Positions 1 to 12,638 of a DNA stretch of 64,000 nt are shown here, piece by piece. A program made the position numbers and the translations under genes. Numbering within the stretch: the first letter of the stretch is position 1; every line of letters starts with the position of its first letter. Below the pieces are notes generated by a model. The model was not told the origin of the DNA, made no database searches, and saw only the letters and a list, made by a program, of their open reading frames with translations. Source of the DNA: Ophelia neglecta (Eukaryota); contig OZ260663.1 in the NCBI GenBank assembly GCA_965285935.1, forward strand, positions 26,102,001 through 26,166,000, in the 5' to 3' direction.

Positions 1-210
1 ATGATTTTCGCAATATTTCTTAGAATCTGCAGAGAAGGCATTACTTGATGCCACATGGTTTTCCCAACGATGAACTGTTTGTTGGCTATCGGCTCTGATG
101 TGCAGTGTTCCTTCGAAAAACACCTGCTTGCACACTAACATAAGCAAGGCCAATGATGTTCCTAACAAGCTTCGTTTACACACCTTACTTCTACTGCAGA
201 TTTTGAGCAT
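1..210 (-). CDS. Probable first coding exon of a divergently transcribed gene encoding a signal-anchor (type II membrane-like) protein; runs off the window edge
   Basis: ATG at 210 in AACCATG context just after a candidate acceptor (cctaccag). 70 open codons to base 1: MLKICSRSKVCKRSLLGTSLALLMLVCKQVFFEGTLHIRADSQQTVHRWENHVASSNAFSADSKKYCENH. Basic N-terminus then a hydrophobic stretch. Absent from the ORF track because there is no stop in the window. Confidence 0.45.
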   Translation of the reverse strand, partial: MLKICSRSKVCKRSLLGTSLALLMLVCKQVFFEGTLHIRADSQQTVHRWENHVASSNAFSADSKKYCENH

Positions 211-1607
211 GGTTTTCCTGGTAGGTATTCATACCCTAGAGACCTAAACCACAAGGAATATATTTTCTATGTTCAAGGGAAGAAGATTGAATACTCTGTT
301 AGATATATCAGTCATCGGTCGACAAACGCTACAAGCAGAATACTGCGGATAACAGCCGTATTTATGTATAGTCGAGTGACATTAATGGATTCTGAACCAA
401 TACTACAGAAACGAGGCAATCAATACTAAACCAATATGAACGGAAACCGTGTGTCATTGGAAGACTAATGTTACGATGACGTAATTAATTCTTATGTTAC
501 GATTTCATATTGAAGATGATTATATAAAAATAAAACTTATTACATATGGTATTTTCCTAAAGGGGCGAACTTAACATGCTGTTTGTAAGTAGATATCAAC
601 ATTTGCTGATTCACAATATTGGGTATCATTAAAGACTACATGAAAGGCTTACACATCATAGAACGATGATGATTCATCAATATTTATCGTCAATCCACAC
701 GAGTATTAAATGTCGAGATTATAATGTACACTTAATATCAATCTTATACTGGGCAAAATGTCACGCTGCATTTAAATAGTGACACTTTGGTAGTTTTATT
801 TCAGGGCCTGAACTAGCCATATCCTCTGTCTATGTTGTCGATCAAAGGTTGATCAGTCTTAATGGAACAATATTGAGAGATATTGAGCCCCCTTGTCACA
901 ATTGAGATCGAAGTAAACACTCCTTCATCCGTTTAGAAAACTGGTAAGCATGATCTTCTTGTAAATTCTTACTGTGCGGGAAAATTTTGCGTCGCAGCGA
1001 ATTTGGACCGGCAGATTTGTTGATAGTTGTAAACACATTTTCTCTTACATTTTTGTGAGTTCATTAATTTTAACCTTAATTAATCTAAATAGTTTTTTGT
1101 ACACTTAAGGCAATAAGGAAAATGTGATTTAGTGATCTCTGCAAAATATTGGATGATACCTGCGCCACAGAATCATGCCAGTTGGAACATACACGCCGGG
1201 CTTTCAATTCTTTTCAATGACAGACACAGTTAGCTTAATATAAATCGACTGTCCACCTCCTTTGTAAAATTATTAAATTCAATTAAAATTAAGAAAGCGA
1301 TATTTCAATCGTCCACCCGTAACATTGTGTGCCTTTGGAAAAAATAAAGTGCCCAATTTATCGGTTTTTCGTCTGACAGCGGTTATTTGCATTTCAATGT
1401 TCATGGGCTGGTTAACTCATTAACACTGGTCAACATTAGCTTTCGACCTTAGGGTACGAAGTGCGTCTGTCGCAAGGGTCCAATGAGGAAGACAGAGAGC
1501 AAACGACTACAATGGTTGGTGGATTGACATTGCATACATAGCTGCCTAGTAGTAAGGTAGTGTGCATTCACTGATTATATCTCATAGGACATTATTTGCT
1601 GCTACCC

Positions 1608-1637
1608 TTGGTTCCGATTTCCCCCAAACCGAAACTA
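1608..1637 (+). promoter_or_regulatory. Conserved kB-like/IRF(ISRE)-like motif upstream of OAS copy 1
   Basis: TTGGTTCCGATTTCCCCCAAACCGAAACTA; near-identical copies at 9618, 12603 and 37906 in much more diverged flanks. Contains the IRF core AANNGAAA(CT). Confidence 0.5.
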
Positions 1638-2540
1638 GGCCTAGGCCTATATTGGGTCGATTCACTGCTTGGCGAAGTCAGATCTCAAAGCTGTGTTGTC
1701 GATCAAAGGTTGATCAGGGGGTTGAAGCGACTTATGTACAGAAGTAGATTAGTGATAAGATATTGATTATTTGATACATTCAGCACTCTGTACACTGGAG
1801 ATCGTAGTAAGCACTCCATCTCCATCCGTTCAGATCACCGGGGCGTAGGCATATTGTAAGTACTAAATTACTTTGGTGGGTTACTACTACTGTTAGGTGA
1901 GCGGATTTGCTAATAATTCTTAACACACTTTCTCCTAATATGTTGCTTGGACACGCATTTATAGTCCGAGAATCTCTTACGTTAAATGGCCTTCCTAATG
2001 TATTTTCCATTGTATACCTCATTTGATGTGCGCCATTTAACGTCCGAGTCTATATGCACCATAAACAACGTATAGACATTTGGTTATGTGTCTGGTGTTA
2101 GAGAAAGTTTGCAAAGTAAATCTTGTTTTGACAATTGCATTTTTTGTCCTATGATCCTCTTGACGTTGTGTATGAACTGTTATTTAATCAATATCTAATT
2201 CGGGTGGCTCTCACAGTAGCGACAAGTACTTGTCTTTGGTGATAGTCTCACTGACCTATCCCGCATACAAATGTTTATATTGTTCTTCTTATTGATTCAA
2301 CATACATGAGTGTCCACTTTTTTTCATTTGTAAATTTAATTACCTTTGTAGTAGGTCTCAATAAAATTCGTCTGAATCTGAAGCTGTTTTGACAACTTTA
2401 TATATCAAATGATGGATCTTTTATGATTCATACTCAATACTTTGTATCGCCATTTGCTCTCCTTTGTTCGTAGACGCTACAGCAATATAGCTCATATTCA
2501 TAGATATTAAATCCATTGTGTGGCTTTTTTCTCTTTTTAG

Positions 2541-2561
2541 ATCAGCGAAACTGAAAACTAG
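2541..2561 (+). other. Candidate 21-nt non-coding micro-exon of OAS copy 1 containing an ISRE-like GAAACTGAAAACT
   Basis: Strong polypyrimidine acceptor (ttttttctctttttag) directly before and G|gtgaga donor directly after. Confidence 0.35.
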
Positions 2562-4089
2562 GTGAGATAGAAATACAATTATTACAATTATGATGAAAAT
2601 GCACAGTAAAAGAAAAGTTATGTTTGAAGGAAGAACCTTTTTTTTTTACTTTTTGTTGTTTCCCTAATAGAATATAGTGTCGGATACCTTACTGGCTGAT
2701 AGTTTTGTTATATGGCTGCTTTTTTGATGGATCAATGCGAATCTTTATAGTTAATAAAGGTTGACGTGTTGTTTTGTTACCTACAGTCTGGACTTTAAAA
2801 CTTTATAATTGATTTTATCATGTAATGGCCAAGATGAGTTATCCAGGTCGATTGGCATTTAAAGGGTCTAAAAGAACATGAGGCCAAAGTTTAGTTTTCA
2901 TACAAATATGCCTTGATGGCCAGGGAAGTGTTGCTGAAATACAGTAGTACAATATACTTTTGTTCCGCTGGGAAAAGCTGTTGTGGTAAATTCCCCTCAT
3001 TAGACAACGTATACGCAACTACAAAAGGGACACACTGTTACGTGGAGTCACTCTACTGGCGCTTGTGAATGACAAATGATCATCTACTGATTGTCCTTCA
3101 TTGTTTATGATAACAGTATGTGCATTAGACAGTTTTGGTAAGCATTATTGTTCACATCTATATATTGTTGTGTGAGACCGATGTTTTGTCCATGTAATAA
3201 CGGCAGAAAACTAAACATACTTCCCCCAATATTTATGTTTATTGATGCATTTCTTGTCTCAGTGTCGACTAAGCCTTTCGATGCAATGTTTCGATTAAAC
3301 TTATTTTCCTTCGTCAAATTCTCATGCTCGTTTTGGTGAATAGTAACTCCGGCGGTGGCAGGGGGGGGGGGGGGGTTAGTCGCCGATTACCGCTGGTTCA
3401 ATATTTATTGTCTCATATATGATAATTTCCCTTTCTTCTTTGGTAATTTCGGTTTCTACTATGTATAGTATGCGGAATAGTTGTTTTCATTTGAACTCCG
3501 AACCTGCTTTTGCTGGATGATAGGGATAAAACAATTACATGTTTTTTTCATTTTCATTCAATTTGTTAGTCTCCTACAATTGTAGTGGAGCGGCTTTTAA
3601 GTCACTTGCAGACCACGAATTTCTAAGTAAATCTGGATATTGGGTCAATTCGGAATATGTCTGGTTGCTGTGGAAACCGGCTCAACAAGGACAATTGGAC
3701 TTCGCCTTCATTCGTTGATTCTCAATACACAATAGTCAATAAGTAACCATAGAAACCGACCTTCCAATAAACAAACCATGCAGTAGATTTTCATCAGTAG
3801 TAACTTGAAGTCCAATTTAGACGCCCATCGGTCAGCCCTTAACCCCTCTTCTTCTTTGCAAAAGCATTGAAGCCTTTATAAGAAACCTTTTAAATCATAT
3901 GTATATATGAACTCACTTATCATTGGATTAATTATAGTTGTTGCATGGAGATTTGTCCTTGTGGGCCTGCAGCCGCTGGATACAGCTGATTTTAATCCAA
4001 TCTAGTTGCTTATTCATGACTAATGATTGATTCCACTATTTTTGTATATAACGTTAATTATGTTTTTTTACGATGTTAAGAGCAGAGCA

Positions 4090-7000
4090 ATGTCTTGTCA
4101 CACACGAGCGTTCAACTGTCAAAATTGTTCGGCATCATTTCCAACTGGGCCATGTGCGAGGGGCCATACTAGGAGGGAGCATGGCATTCCGTGTGACGTG
4201 ACTGACTGTAGCCGAAAATTGATTGGAACGGATGGTCTTGCCCAGCATAAAGAGGCCAAACATACCGACAACCCAGAGTTAGTGACACACATACATTTAT
4301 ATATACAGGGTAAAAATGGAATATAAATCGAGTCAATTGCTTACAATGAAGGTATATTGTTCCCCGTTTAAATAGAATTTATTTAAATGGGGTACTATTT
4401 AATAGCAATGACAACCGAGTGTAGTTGACATACACACCGATTCCACAAACACAGCATCGATGTCAACACCTTCTCAAGCAACAGGTCCAATCCATAATTC
4501 ATTCAATTTTTCCTATAGTTGTATACTTCATAAACATGCAGCGACATTATTATTAACACTTTCAGGAATATTAAAACCCCATGTGAACAGTGCAACCGAA
4601 CACTGACTGGCCAGAAAGGCCTAGAGCAACACCAACAACAAAAGCATTCGGATGAAATACAAAAGTAAGCCCCATTTTATGTATCTACCAATCAAAAAAT
4701 ATTCCTCGATTTCACTATTCACTTTCTATCAATAATTTTAACCTATATTTCCAGTACTATTGGTCAATATGTACTTACTATTGAATTCACATATATGATA
4801 TTCTTTCATTATTATTTTCTAAAAATCAGTGAAACAAGTTTATTATCATTTTCGAAACAGCAATAAATCGTTTTTTTTTAAATTAGATATAAAGCGGCTA
4901 TAAAACAGACGTATTGTTGAAGGTGTAAAATTTTCCTATTGCTGCCTCTTACGTCTTCCATGCATATACAGTTTCTTTAAAAAATAGATAAACATTAATG
5001 TTAAGAGGCACTTGTCCACAATGACGTGTCTCACTTGATATTCGAAGGGTCAATGGGTTCAAATAAATCAATCATTGCAGGGAAAGAAGCACTAAATGTA
5101 AAGACTGCAAGGCCAAATTCTTTGACAATCTTGGGCTGAACCAGCACATTAAACATACGCATCCAGGTATAATTGTCCTACCATATTTGTTCTTTGCTCC
5201 AGACAGTGTAGCACAAAACATTATTGCAAAAAACTCAAAACAGTCTGTCAAGTATTCCTACTGAGGTTCACCATTATATGTATCTTTTATACTATTGTCA
5301 GCCGTGTTGCCAAGAGAGTCAATTCTGAACTTTGCGGGTAGAAACTTGAACTCCTACATTAAAGACAACCTACAACCCAATGAACCATTCAATACCAATA
5401 TGAGTAGAGCTGTTGACAAAATAGCCTCCTTTTTAAGAGAACATCCCGATCTGAGTGTCAGTAGAGTTGTAAAAGTAAGTGATAACGAATGGTTTCAGTA
5501 AATGTTGCAATATCCAATGCTGTTTAGGCGCCGCGCATTGTGGTCCGTGTTGAGCTGCTGCTCTGGCTTTCGTTCAGAATGGTGGGTTATTAGTGTTGAA
5601 TTGTAGTCTAATATTATATTTTCATATAGCATCTCAGAGCTTAGAGCGCAGCACCAATTAAATACAGTTTGCAAAATACAAGATTTTGATGGCATTTTAA
5701 ATTTATGTCCACACATACGACTTGTGGGTTATCTCAGTGAACTGTATTCCAGGGAGGATCAATGGCAAAAGGCACAGCCGTCCGAAACAACTCAGACATT
5801 GACTTGGTTTTAAATCTCAATCACGATCCTAGCATGCGCGAATTTGAAAAGAATAGAGGGGATCATCTGAAGCAAATACAAGGCTATTTACGAACGTGGA
5901 AAGATGACAACATAAATATACAGGTTGACAAATGTTCGTATTACGTGCTGAAATGCAATGCAACACTCAAGGGGTACAAGGACCAAATACCAGTTGATTT
6001 GCTAGTAGGCCGTGACATTCCTAAACCAGAGGTAAAATGACACTCAATGACACCGTTCGGATGTCTCGTGATCCTTAAAAGAGAATAACAAATTAAATGA
6101 ATGATATAATGTCTTAATACGACAGTTCTATTATAACATAGATTATAACTATATTAGGAATATCCTTTCAGCAGTTATACAAGGAAATGAACCAATCAAA
6201 TGCAGCCCAGTTCTCCTCCTCACTGGCTTTACTTCAACGAGATTTTGTAAGATCTCAGCCTCCCCATGTCAAGGACATCATACGATTAGTTAAAGATTGG
6301 AAGATTACGCATCTCAAAGTAAACTACAGAATTTCGAATTATTTTTCGGACAAACATGTGTATGAGTAGTAACACATCGTTTTATTTTGTTTATGACTTT
6401 AATTTGACATAACTATGGCTATAATTAAACACCAGGGGGTCGAAAACGTGCCAAACTCGTATGCTTTGGAGCTTATCACAATTAACGCATGGGAGAAAGC
6501 AGGAAAGCCACAAAAATTCAAGACTGACCGGGCTCTAAAGCATATAATGGGAAGTCTGAAGAATAACCGAATGATAGACGCGACATGGAATGTCAATTAC
6601 AATCCTCATGACTACAAAGGGCAAGCAAGTGACGAACCGTAAGAACATTTCTTGAGGAAGTATGGTAACATTCAAATAAGTACAATACTTTAAAAAGGGG
6701 TTAATTTCATACTTCTGCACACACACTTTATTTTTTTTATATATATATAGGCGATGCAGTGGCGGATGCAGAAATTTTGGAAGGGGGGCGAAAGAAGTTC
6801 CAAGGGTGACCTATGCTTTATAGGACGGGATTGCAGACAATTTTCAATGATACACAATGTAGAAAAGCTTTACATTGTCCCCGCTACCAACCCTCTGAAA
6901 CCACCTTGCGTGGGTCCTGAAATATGCCCTGGCCCGGCCCCCCCCCCCCTCCCTGAATCCGCCTCTGCGATGGCATGTTAAACATTTCCTTATACCCTAG

Positions 7001-7254
7001 GCCATTGCACCTAGTTGCTCAAATTACATTATTTTATTTTTTGGATATTCTTTTCTTACAATATAAATATCCGTTCATCTCATGGAAATGATCTGTAATA
7101 CGCCTCTCATTTCAGGGATGTACCATTTTTGTTGGATCCTGCTAATCCTTTTGAGAATGTTGCTGCTCGTTTCGACTGGAAAGACATTTCTAGAATGGCC
7201 GATGCTTCTATGAATAGTCCAGGATTGAAAGATGTTGAAGCCGGCTGGTGCTAG
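4090..7254 (+). CDS. OAS: OAS copy 1: 4x C2H2 zinc finger + 2'-5'-oligoadenylate synthetase, about 437 aa, 8 coding exons
   Basis: Exons 4090-4277, 4566-4664, 5081-5166, 5302-5474, 5753-6031, 6172-6318, 6436-6638, 7116-7254; all GT-AG, phases 2,2,1,0,0,0,2 join in frame (1314 nt). OAS motifs: VVK|GGSMAKGT, SDIDLV, third Asp in PVDLL, LQRDFV, IIRLVKDW, PNSYALELITINAWE, LLDPANP. Fingers: CQNC-x12-H-x4-H, CDVTDC-x12-H-x4-H, CEQC-x12-H-x4-H, CKDC-x12-H-x4-H. AATAAA at 7275. Confidence 0.92.
6757..6967. mobile_element. MITE (about 211 bp) in the last intron of OAS copy 1
   Basis: Imperfect 15-bp TIR CAGTGGCGGATGCAG...CTGAATCCGCCTCTG, internal G and C runs, CGATG on both flanks as a possible target-site duplication. 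Confidence 0.7.
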
Positions 7255-8234
7255 GCATTTGGTATTATCTACACAATAAACAATCATTAACTTCCCATTA
7301 ATATTATTATAAACAATGGTGATAGTTTCCCGATAAATGTCAATGTCCGTTGTGTAACGTCGCCTTTCTAATATGCATACAATTTATAGAATTAAAAGAT
7401 AATAGTGCGTATATCGTCATATTATTTGCATAATCTGCCAATAGGAAATCCGGGTGTATTATACGAGTTCATTATCTATCTGCTGTATTGGGGTACCTGC
7501 CGTTCTGGCACCTCATTATAATAAGCTTATATAATTTTTAAGTTGATAATAAAAAATAATTCTCCTTTGCATTTCGGATTTTTTATTTGAATGGATTATT
7601 ATAAATTATTCTTTCAGTTAAATAGCTATTGTTTGCTAGATGCCTAGTGCACCGATGACCATTTATGGGCCTTTTGTGATATGTAAATAATTATGTTAAC
7701 TTTTCCACCAACCCGCGCACTGCATGAGATTACCTATACCCGGCGTTCATAATGTTCTTTTCAAATAAGACCAAATATATGTGAACGGCAGATACATATA
7801 GAAATGGGTGAGAATAAAGTTTCCCAATTTCATAGAAATCTTCCGTCCGATTTGATAATTACGGCCGATTCACGAAATAACGTACGTCCTTTTAGAAGGG
7901 GGAGGGGGGTTTCAAGAGCACATCATACAAACTATATATTTTGTGAAAGCTGTCACCGAGCCCAGTCTTAGAATTCCTGTTATTTATTGTCGTATTTCTT
8001 TGTTTTGTTAGCTTTCGAATTTATGAAAAATTTATTTGATATTATTGAGGTGTTGTACAAATTTGTAACAGGTCACATGTTGGCAAAGGTGTTACAAGAA
8101 ATTTTGTAACCTACTGTGGTGAATAAAATTGTAATAGAGTGTACTTTGGTTTGTTTTTTATTGTTTTTGCTAGCTTAAAGATTGTGTCCATATGATTTAA
8201 TATAAGCGCAATAATCTTATGCCGGATTGCCTAA

Positions 8235-9213
8235 AGCCCCTGTCACACTGTGACGAGTTTGGCTCACGAGTTACCACGAGTTACAACTCGCCACAACTCT
8301 TCAGGTGTCGTGTAGGACTCGAAACAATGTCTTTGCATATCGTAACGATGTCTCTTTATGTCGCCTTTACTCGTCAAGCGGTGGCGAGAATTTTAAACGG
8401 TTTAAAATTGTCGTGCGAGTTTTCGTCTCGTACACATGTTGAAGACTTGTCGTAGAGGTGTCGCCAAAACTCGAACACATGTGGTAGAAATGTCTTCAGT
8501 TGTCGTCACTTCTCGCCCTGTTGTAAAGTCGTTCGATGGGCTACGAGTTTATCTGCGAGTTTGGGCGACATGAACGCGATCTCTGCTCGACATACAGCGA
8601 GATTGTACGTCTTCCCTTCAACATCTGTACGAGTTTCTGCGAGTTCTGTTCGACATGTCCTCGACATTGCTGCGAGTTGTGGCGATTCTATAAAAAGATC
8701 GTCTTCAGCAGCATCCTCTTCCATCTGGGCCAGAAATTCAATGTTTCTCAACCTCTGAGCCATGGCTGTGATGTTTTTTCCTACAAGAACCAACTGGAGA
8801 TTGATCCAAAAAGTGCTGGACCACCAGAATTTATACCCAAATTACTATATGTTGGCCTCACTCGTAAATTTCTCGTAGCTCACTCGTCATAACTCGTCAT
8901 TAACCCGTACACATGTCGCCAAAACTCGTGTAGTCTCGCCTAAACTCGTACATTCTCGTAGAAATGTCTTCAGCTGTCGAGAAGATGTCGTACACAGGTC
9001 GTACAGATGTCGATTAAACTCGTGTTAAATAGAATGTTATCGTACTAATCTCGTGTCAATGTGGAAGAGAACTCGAGCACAACTCGAGCAGGAGTCGAAC
9101 TGATGTCTCCATCACTCGAAATCATGGTCAACTCGTCGAATTTTCGGCGAATTATAACTCGCCAGCACTCGTCGTAACTCGTGGGCCAAACTCGTCACAG
9201 TGTGACAGGGGCT
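8235..9213. mobile_element. Non-autonomous PIF/Harbinger-type TIR element (979 bp)
   Basis: About 47-bp TIR AGCCCCTGTCACACTGTGACGAGTTTGGCTCACGAGTTACCACGAGT with 2 mismatches to the right end. TAA duplication at 8232-8234 and 9214-9216. Many internal ACTCGT/ACGAGT motifs; no transposase recognised. Confidence 0.88.
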
Positions 9214-9617
9214 TAAGAGAGCACCTGTCTCAACGCTCCTCCTTGGTTGTGATTACTTCTTCCTCGAAACTGATCGTTATATCAATAGATTTTAGCTTTC
9301 TAAAAGCTACTACCTTTGTATCATTTTTTGGCTTGCCTATATCAAGGGATAGGTGAACAGCAAAGTGGTCTGACATTGGACAAGACACATGCAAAGTGTT
9401 GATGATATTGTCATGATGGCATGAACAAACAAGAAAATATTGTTTAACCCAGCAGTATTGCGATCCTTTCGTTTTCCTTTAATTTCAGCGGCAAAAATAT
9501 ATGGACGAAAAATCACTTAAAATATGGTAAAATATTAGTATTTTCACGATTCTCACTTTTCAAGACGATGGGTGTCACGACTACATATCATATGTCAATA
9601 TTACTTTGTTGTAACGC

Positions 9618-9647
9618 TTGGTTCTGATTTTCCCAAAACCGAAACTA
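9618..9647 (+). promoter_or_regulatory. kB-like/ISRE-like motif copy
   Basis: TTGGTTCTGATTTTCCCAAAACCGAAACTA, followed about 270 bp later by a candidate first-exon donor (cag|gtacga near 9914). Confidence 0.5.
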
Positions 9648-12602
9648 ATGTCGAGAGTGTGAATTTTCCAATCTCGATCAAACTTAACAATGGACAATGA
9701 TTCACCCTCAGTATGTCCTACATAGGTTGTATTGAATAACCGCTCGTCGTTGTGAAATCTTCAGTCTATATTGCCGATCAAAGGTTGATGAGGTGTTTGA
9801 AGCAGTCGATGTCCGGAAATAGTGTTATGTGTTAGTGGTACACTATTGATTCATTCGGCCTTCTCGATACTAGAGATCATACATAGTAAACGCTCCCGTC
9901 ATCGTCTCAACAGGTACGAATGGATTTTCGTTAAACTTATTATTTGGTGGGAAAATATTACATCGTAGTGACATTAGGTCACGGTGGCCATATATGTTAA
10001 TAGTTGCGAACATACTTCTCCTAACCTGTTGTTGACAAACGATTTTTTAATTATTATATCGTTATCTAACCTGGGCTGTTATCTGTAAGGCACTTAGGGC
10101 AATGTGAGTTACAGAGTTACATACATACGTTGTATAAGAGGTACAACTAACGATGTCATCTGGCACAATAACCTAGTCATGTGTCCCATTTTTCTTTCCT
10201 ATTAAGCACCAGCCGGTCTCTTTTTACGAGCCTCAGACCCTTTCCTTAAGAACATATTTTAAATGACACAGTGTTCCTGCATACACTGGCTGTTATCATG
10301 TGACTTAAGGTGGGCGCGGGATGAGGCAAACTTGGGGGATTCTTGAATTGGGGGTAGAAAGAATGGTGATAGTAGTGAATGTAATGGAGTGGAAGGGGTG
10401 GTGGGGTAATATGGATTATAACTCGGCCACAATATGGCGAGTTGAAGCAAATACAATTATCGGAATTTATCTCACATCAGACATTTCTGCTTTTAACAAA
10501 TCGGCAGTCCTCGTCCTAAATGTAAATCAAGGTATAACACGACGAAAAGCCAATTTAAACTGTCTTCCCTTAACACTGTATATCGTCGGATGCGATCAAG
10601 CGGCAATTAGGTCAGGATTGCATATGAGATACTGGGTTTTGCCATTCCGTGTTAAGAGGCTAGTTATATTATAGTCCATAGCTTTCGATAAGTGCTAAAA
10701 GCTTCTTTCTCATGAGCCAACTTTCCAAATTACATTGACGCTGATTAATTGTTCTATCAGCAAATACAGAGATAATTTGAATAAACAAAATTGGGATGTA
10801 GCCAAGACACCCGAATTCTTTATATTGGCTTGATTAACAATTGATACATTTTAATATCGGTTCGATAGCTTGTCAGTTAATGGATGGAAAGGCTCATTCA
10901 CTGACTCACAGACATAACCAAAATAATAATAACATATCGTAGGCGATCCACTACTTATTCGGAGCGTACCTATACCCATGTTTGCTCATGTTCCCCCCCC
11001 CCCCCTTATATAATGTTCTTCAGTGCAAAGCATTAGTAATTTCTAAGGCTGTACTACCCAGTGCATAAGTATTTCCAATAGAAATTGTTCTTTAATGCAA
11101 TATAAGTAAATTATGTCACACAATTTCCTCAATATTCCGAGTATTATCGTTTTGAATTTGGAGTATATCGTAAACCTAAATTAGCTTTCCCGACCCCCGA
11201 CCCCAATCTTGATTTCGCGCCTTATGCCGCTGATGTAAAGTTGGTTCCCACCACTTTGATATTCCTTCCTTCGCCTCTGCAAGCGCATCCCTCAACTTCT
11301 ACACGTTAGACGTCATAAAGAATAACTGCAGTCATTTCCACTGACATAGGGAGATAGTTAACTTACAACGGCACCTCTTAACTCGTATATGATACACATG
11401 ATAACTGAAATATGTTAGGAAATAGAAATACATCTTTTTTGTCAACTTTTGAAAGGTCGAGTTCAAAATCCTCACTGCACGATGTAATTATTGCACTACC
11501 AACAGTCTGACTCAAGTGGTCCCCCACTTTCTCTTCCCTGGATTGGGCGCAGGTTACGGTCTAATCTCTTGGCCTTGTGCCTCTTTGCCTTTTGCCCTAG
11601 TTTTGCGAGCAGTGTCTTTGCCTGTTGCTTAAGGCTTGGCCGCAGGCTTTGACCAAGTCTCATGGCCATGGGCCTTTGGATCAGGCGTGGTCTTTTGTCC
11701 AGGTGCCTTAGGTTTGGGTCAGGCTTGGAAGCAGCTTTTCCAGTTTGTTGCGCTAGTGATGAAGGTTTATTCAGCATAGGGTTTGCGACTGATATCAAAG
11801 GGAGTGGATCCTTTACACGAGTTTTGCGCGTCTTGACCCAACACTTTACCAGCACCTGTGCCAGTCACGTTTATTGGCCTAGGCGCCTTGGGCAATATAG
11901 TCTTGTATATAATGCATGTAGCCTTAGATATGAATGGTGTCTCAATGACGTATGCGCTTTGGCTAAAATTAGCCCTACTGGAATGTCCACGAGGCAGCTG
12001 TATGCACCAAACCTCAGCACCAACCACATGCACCAAGTCTGGTTTAAGCAACATACTAGAAATAAAAGCAGACTAGGACACATATGTTTATGCAGAAAGA
12101 GTATGGTATTGAGGCCTGATGGCCTGCTGCCATGTAAGCAGGGAACACTAAGAATGTTTAGCATTCGCACAGACCATAACGTGGATTAACACGAGTCAGC
12201 AGAATCAGCATGCATGTTCTGTACTTTAGTTTTTCTTCCCAGGCTTTCTGGGCTTAATAACGATAAGATACCTTTACCATATAGTTTCAAATAACATTGT
12301 TTGAGAAATGGGTAGAAACTTGAGCATGCAGGTTGAAAAGCAGGCATCAGAAAAGGAGTGCATTCATATACAAAATGGCTGCGCTGTGATGGCGATATAT
12401 GATAGCATGAACAGACATAAAACTACTGTTTCAACTCAGTAGTATTGCGACCCCGTCGTGCGCCTTTAATTTCCGTGGCAAATAAATACTGACGAAAAAC
12501 CAGTACAAATAAGGTTAAATATTAGTATTTTATGATTCGCAGTTTTTTTTAAGAAGATGGGTGTCACGATTACATCTTATATGTCAATATTATTTTGTTG
12601 TT

Positions 12603-12638
12603 TTGGTTCTGATTTCCCCAAAACTGAAACCGAGACTA
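12603..12638 (+). promoter_or_regulatory. kB-like/ISRE-like motif copy upstream of OAS copy 2
   Basis: TTGGTTCTGATTTCCCCAAAACTGAAACCGAGACTA, with an extra GAAA-like half-site. Confidence 0.5.

Noticed and set aside
7240-7254. C-terminal Cys of OAS copy 1 as a prenylation signal like OAS1 p46
   Set aside because: It ends AGWC*, which is not CaaX, and the other copies lack the Cys.
8219-8892. Overlapping ORFs of 65-118 aa
   Set aside because: They lie inside the TIR element and show no transposase or Myb-like motifs; likely a by-product of its composition.
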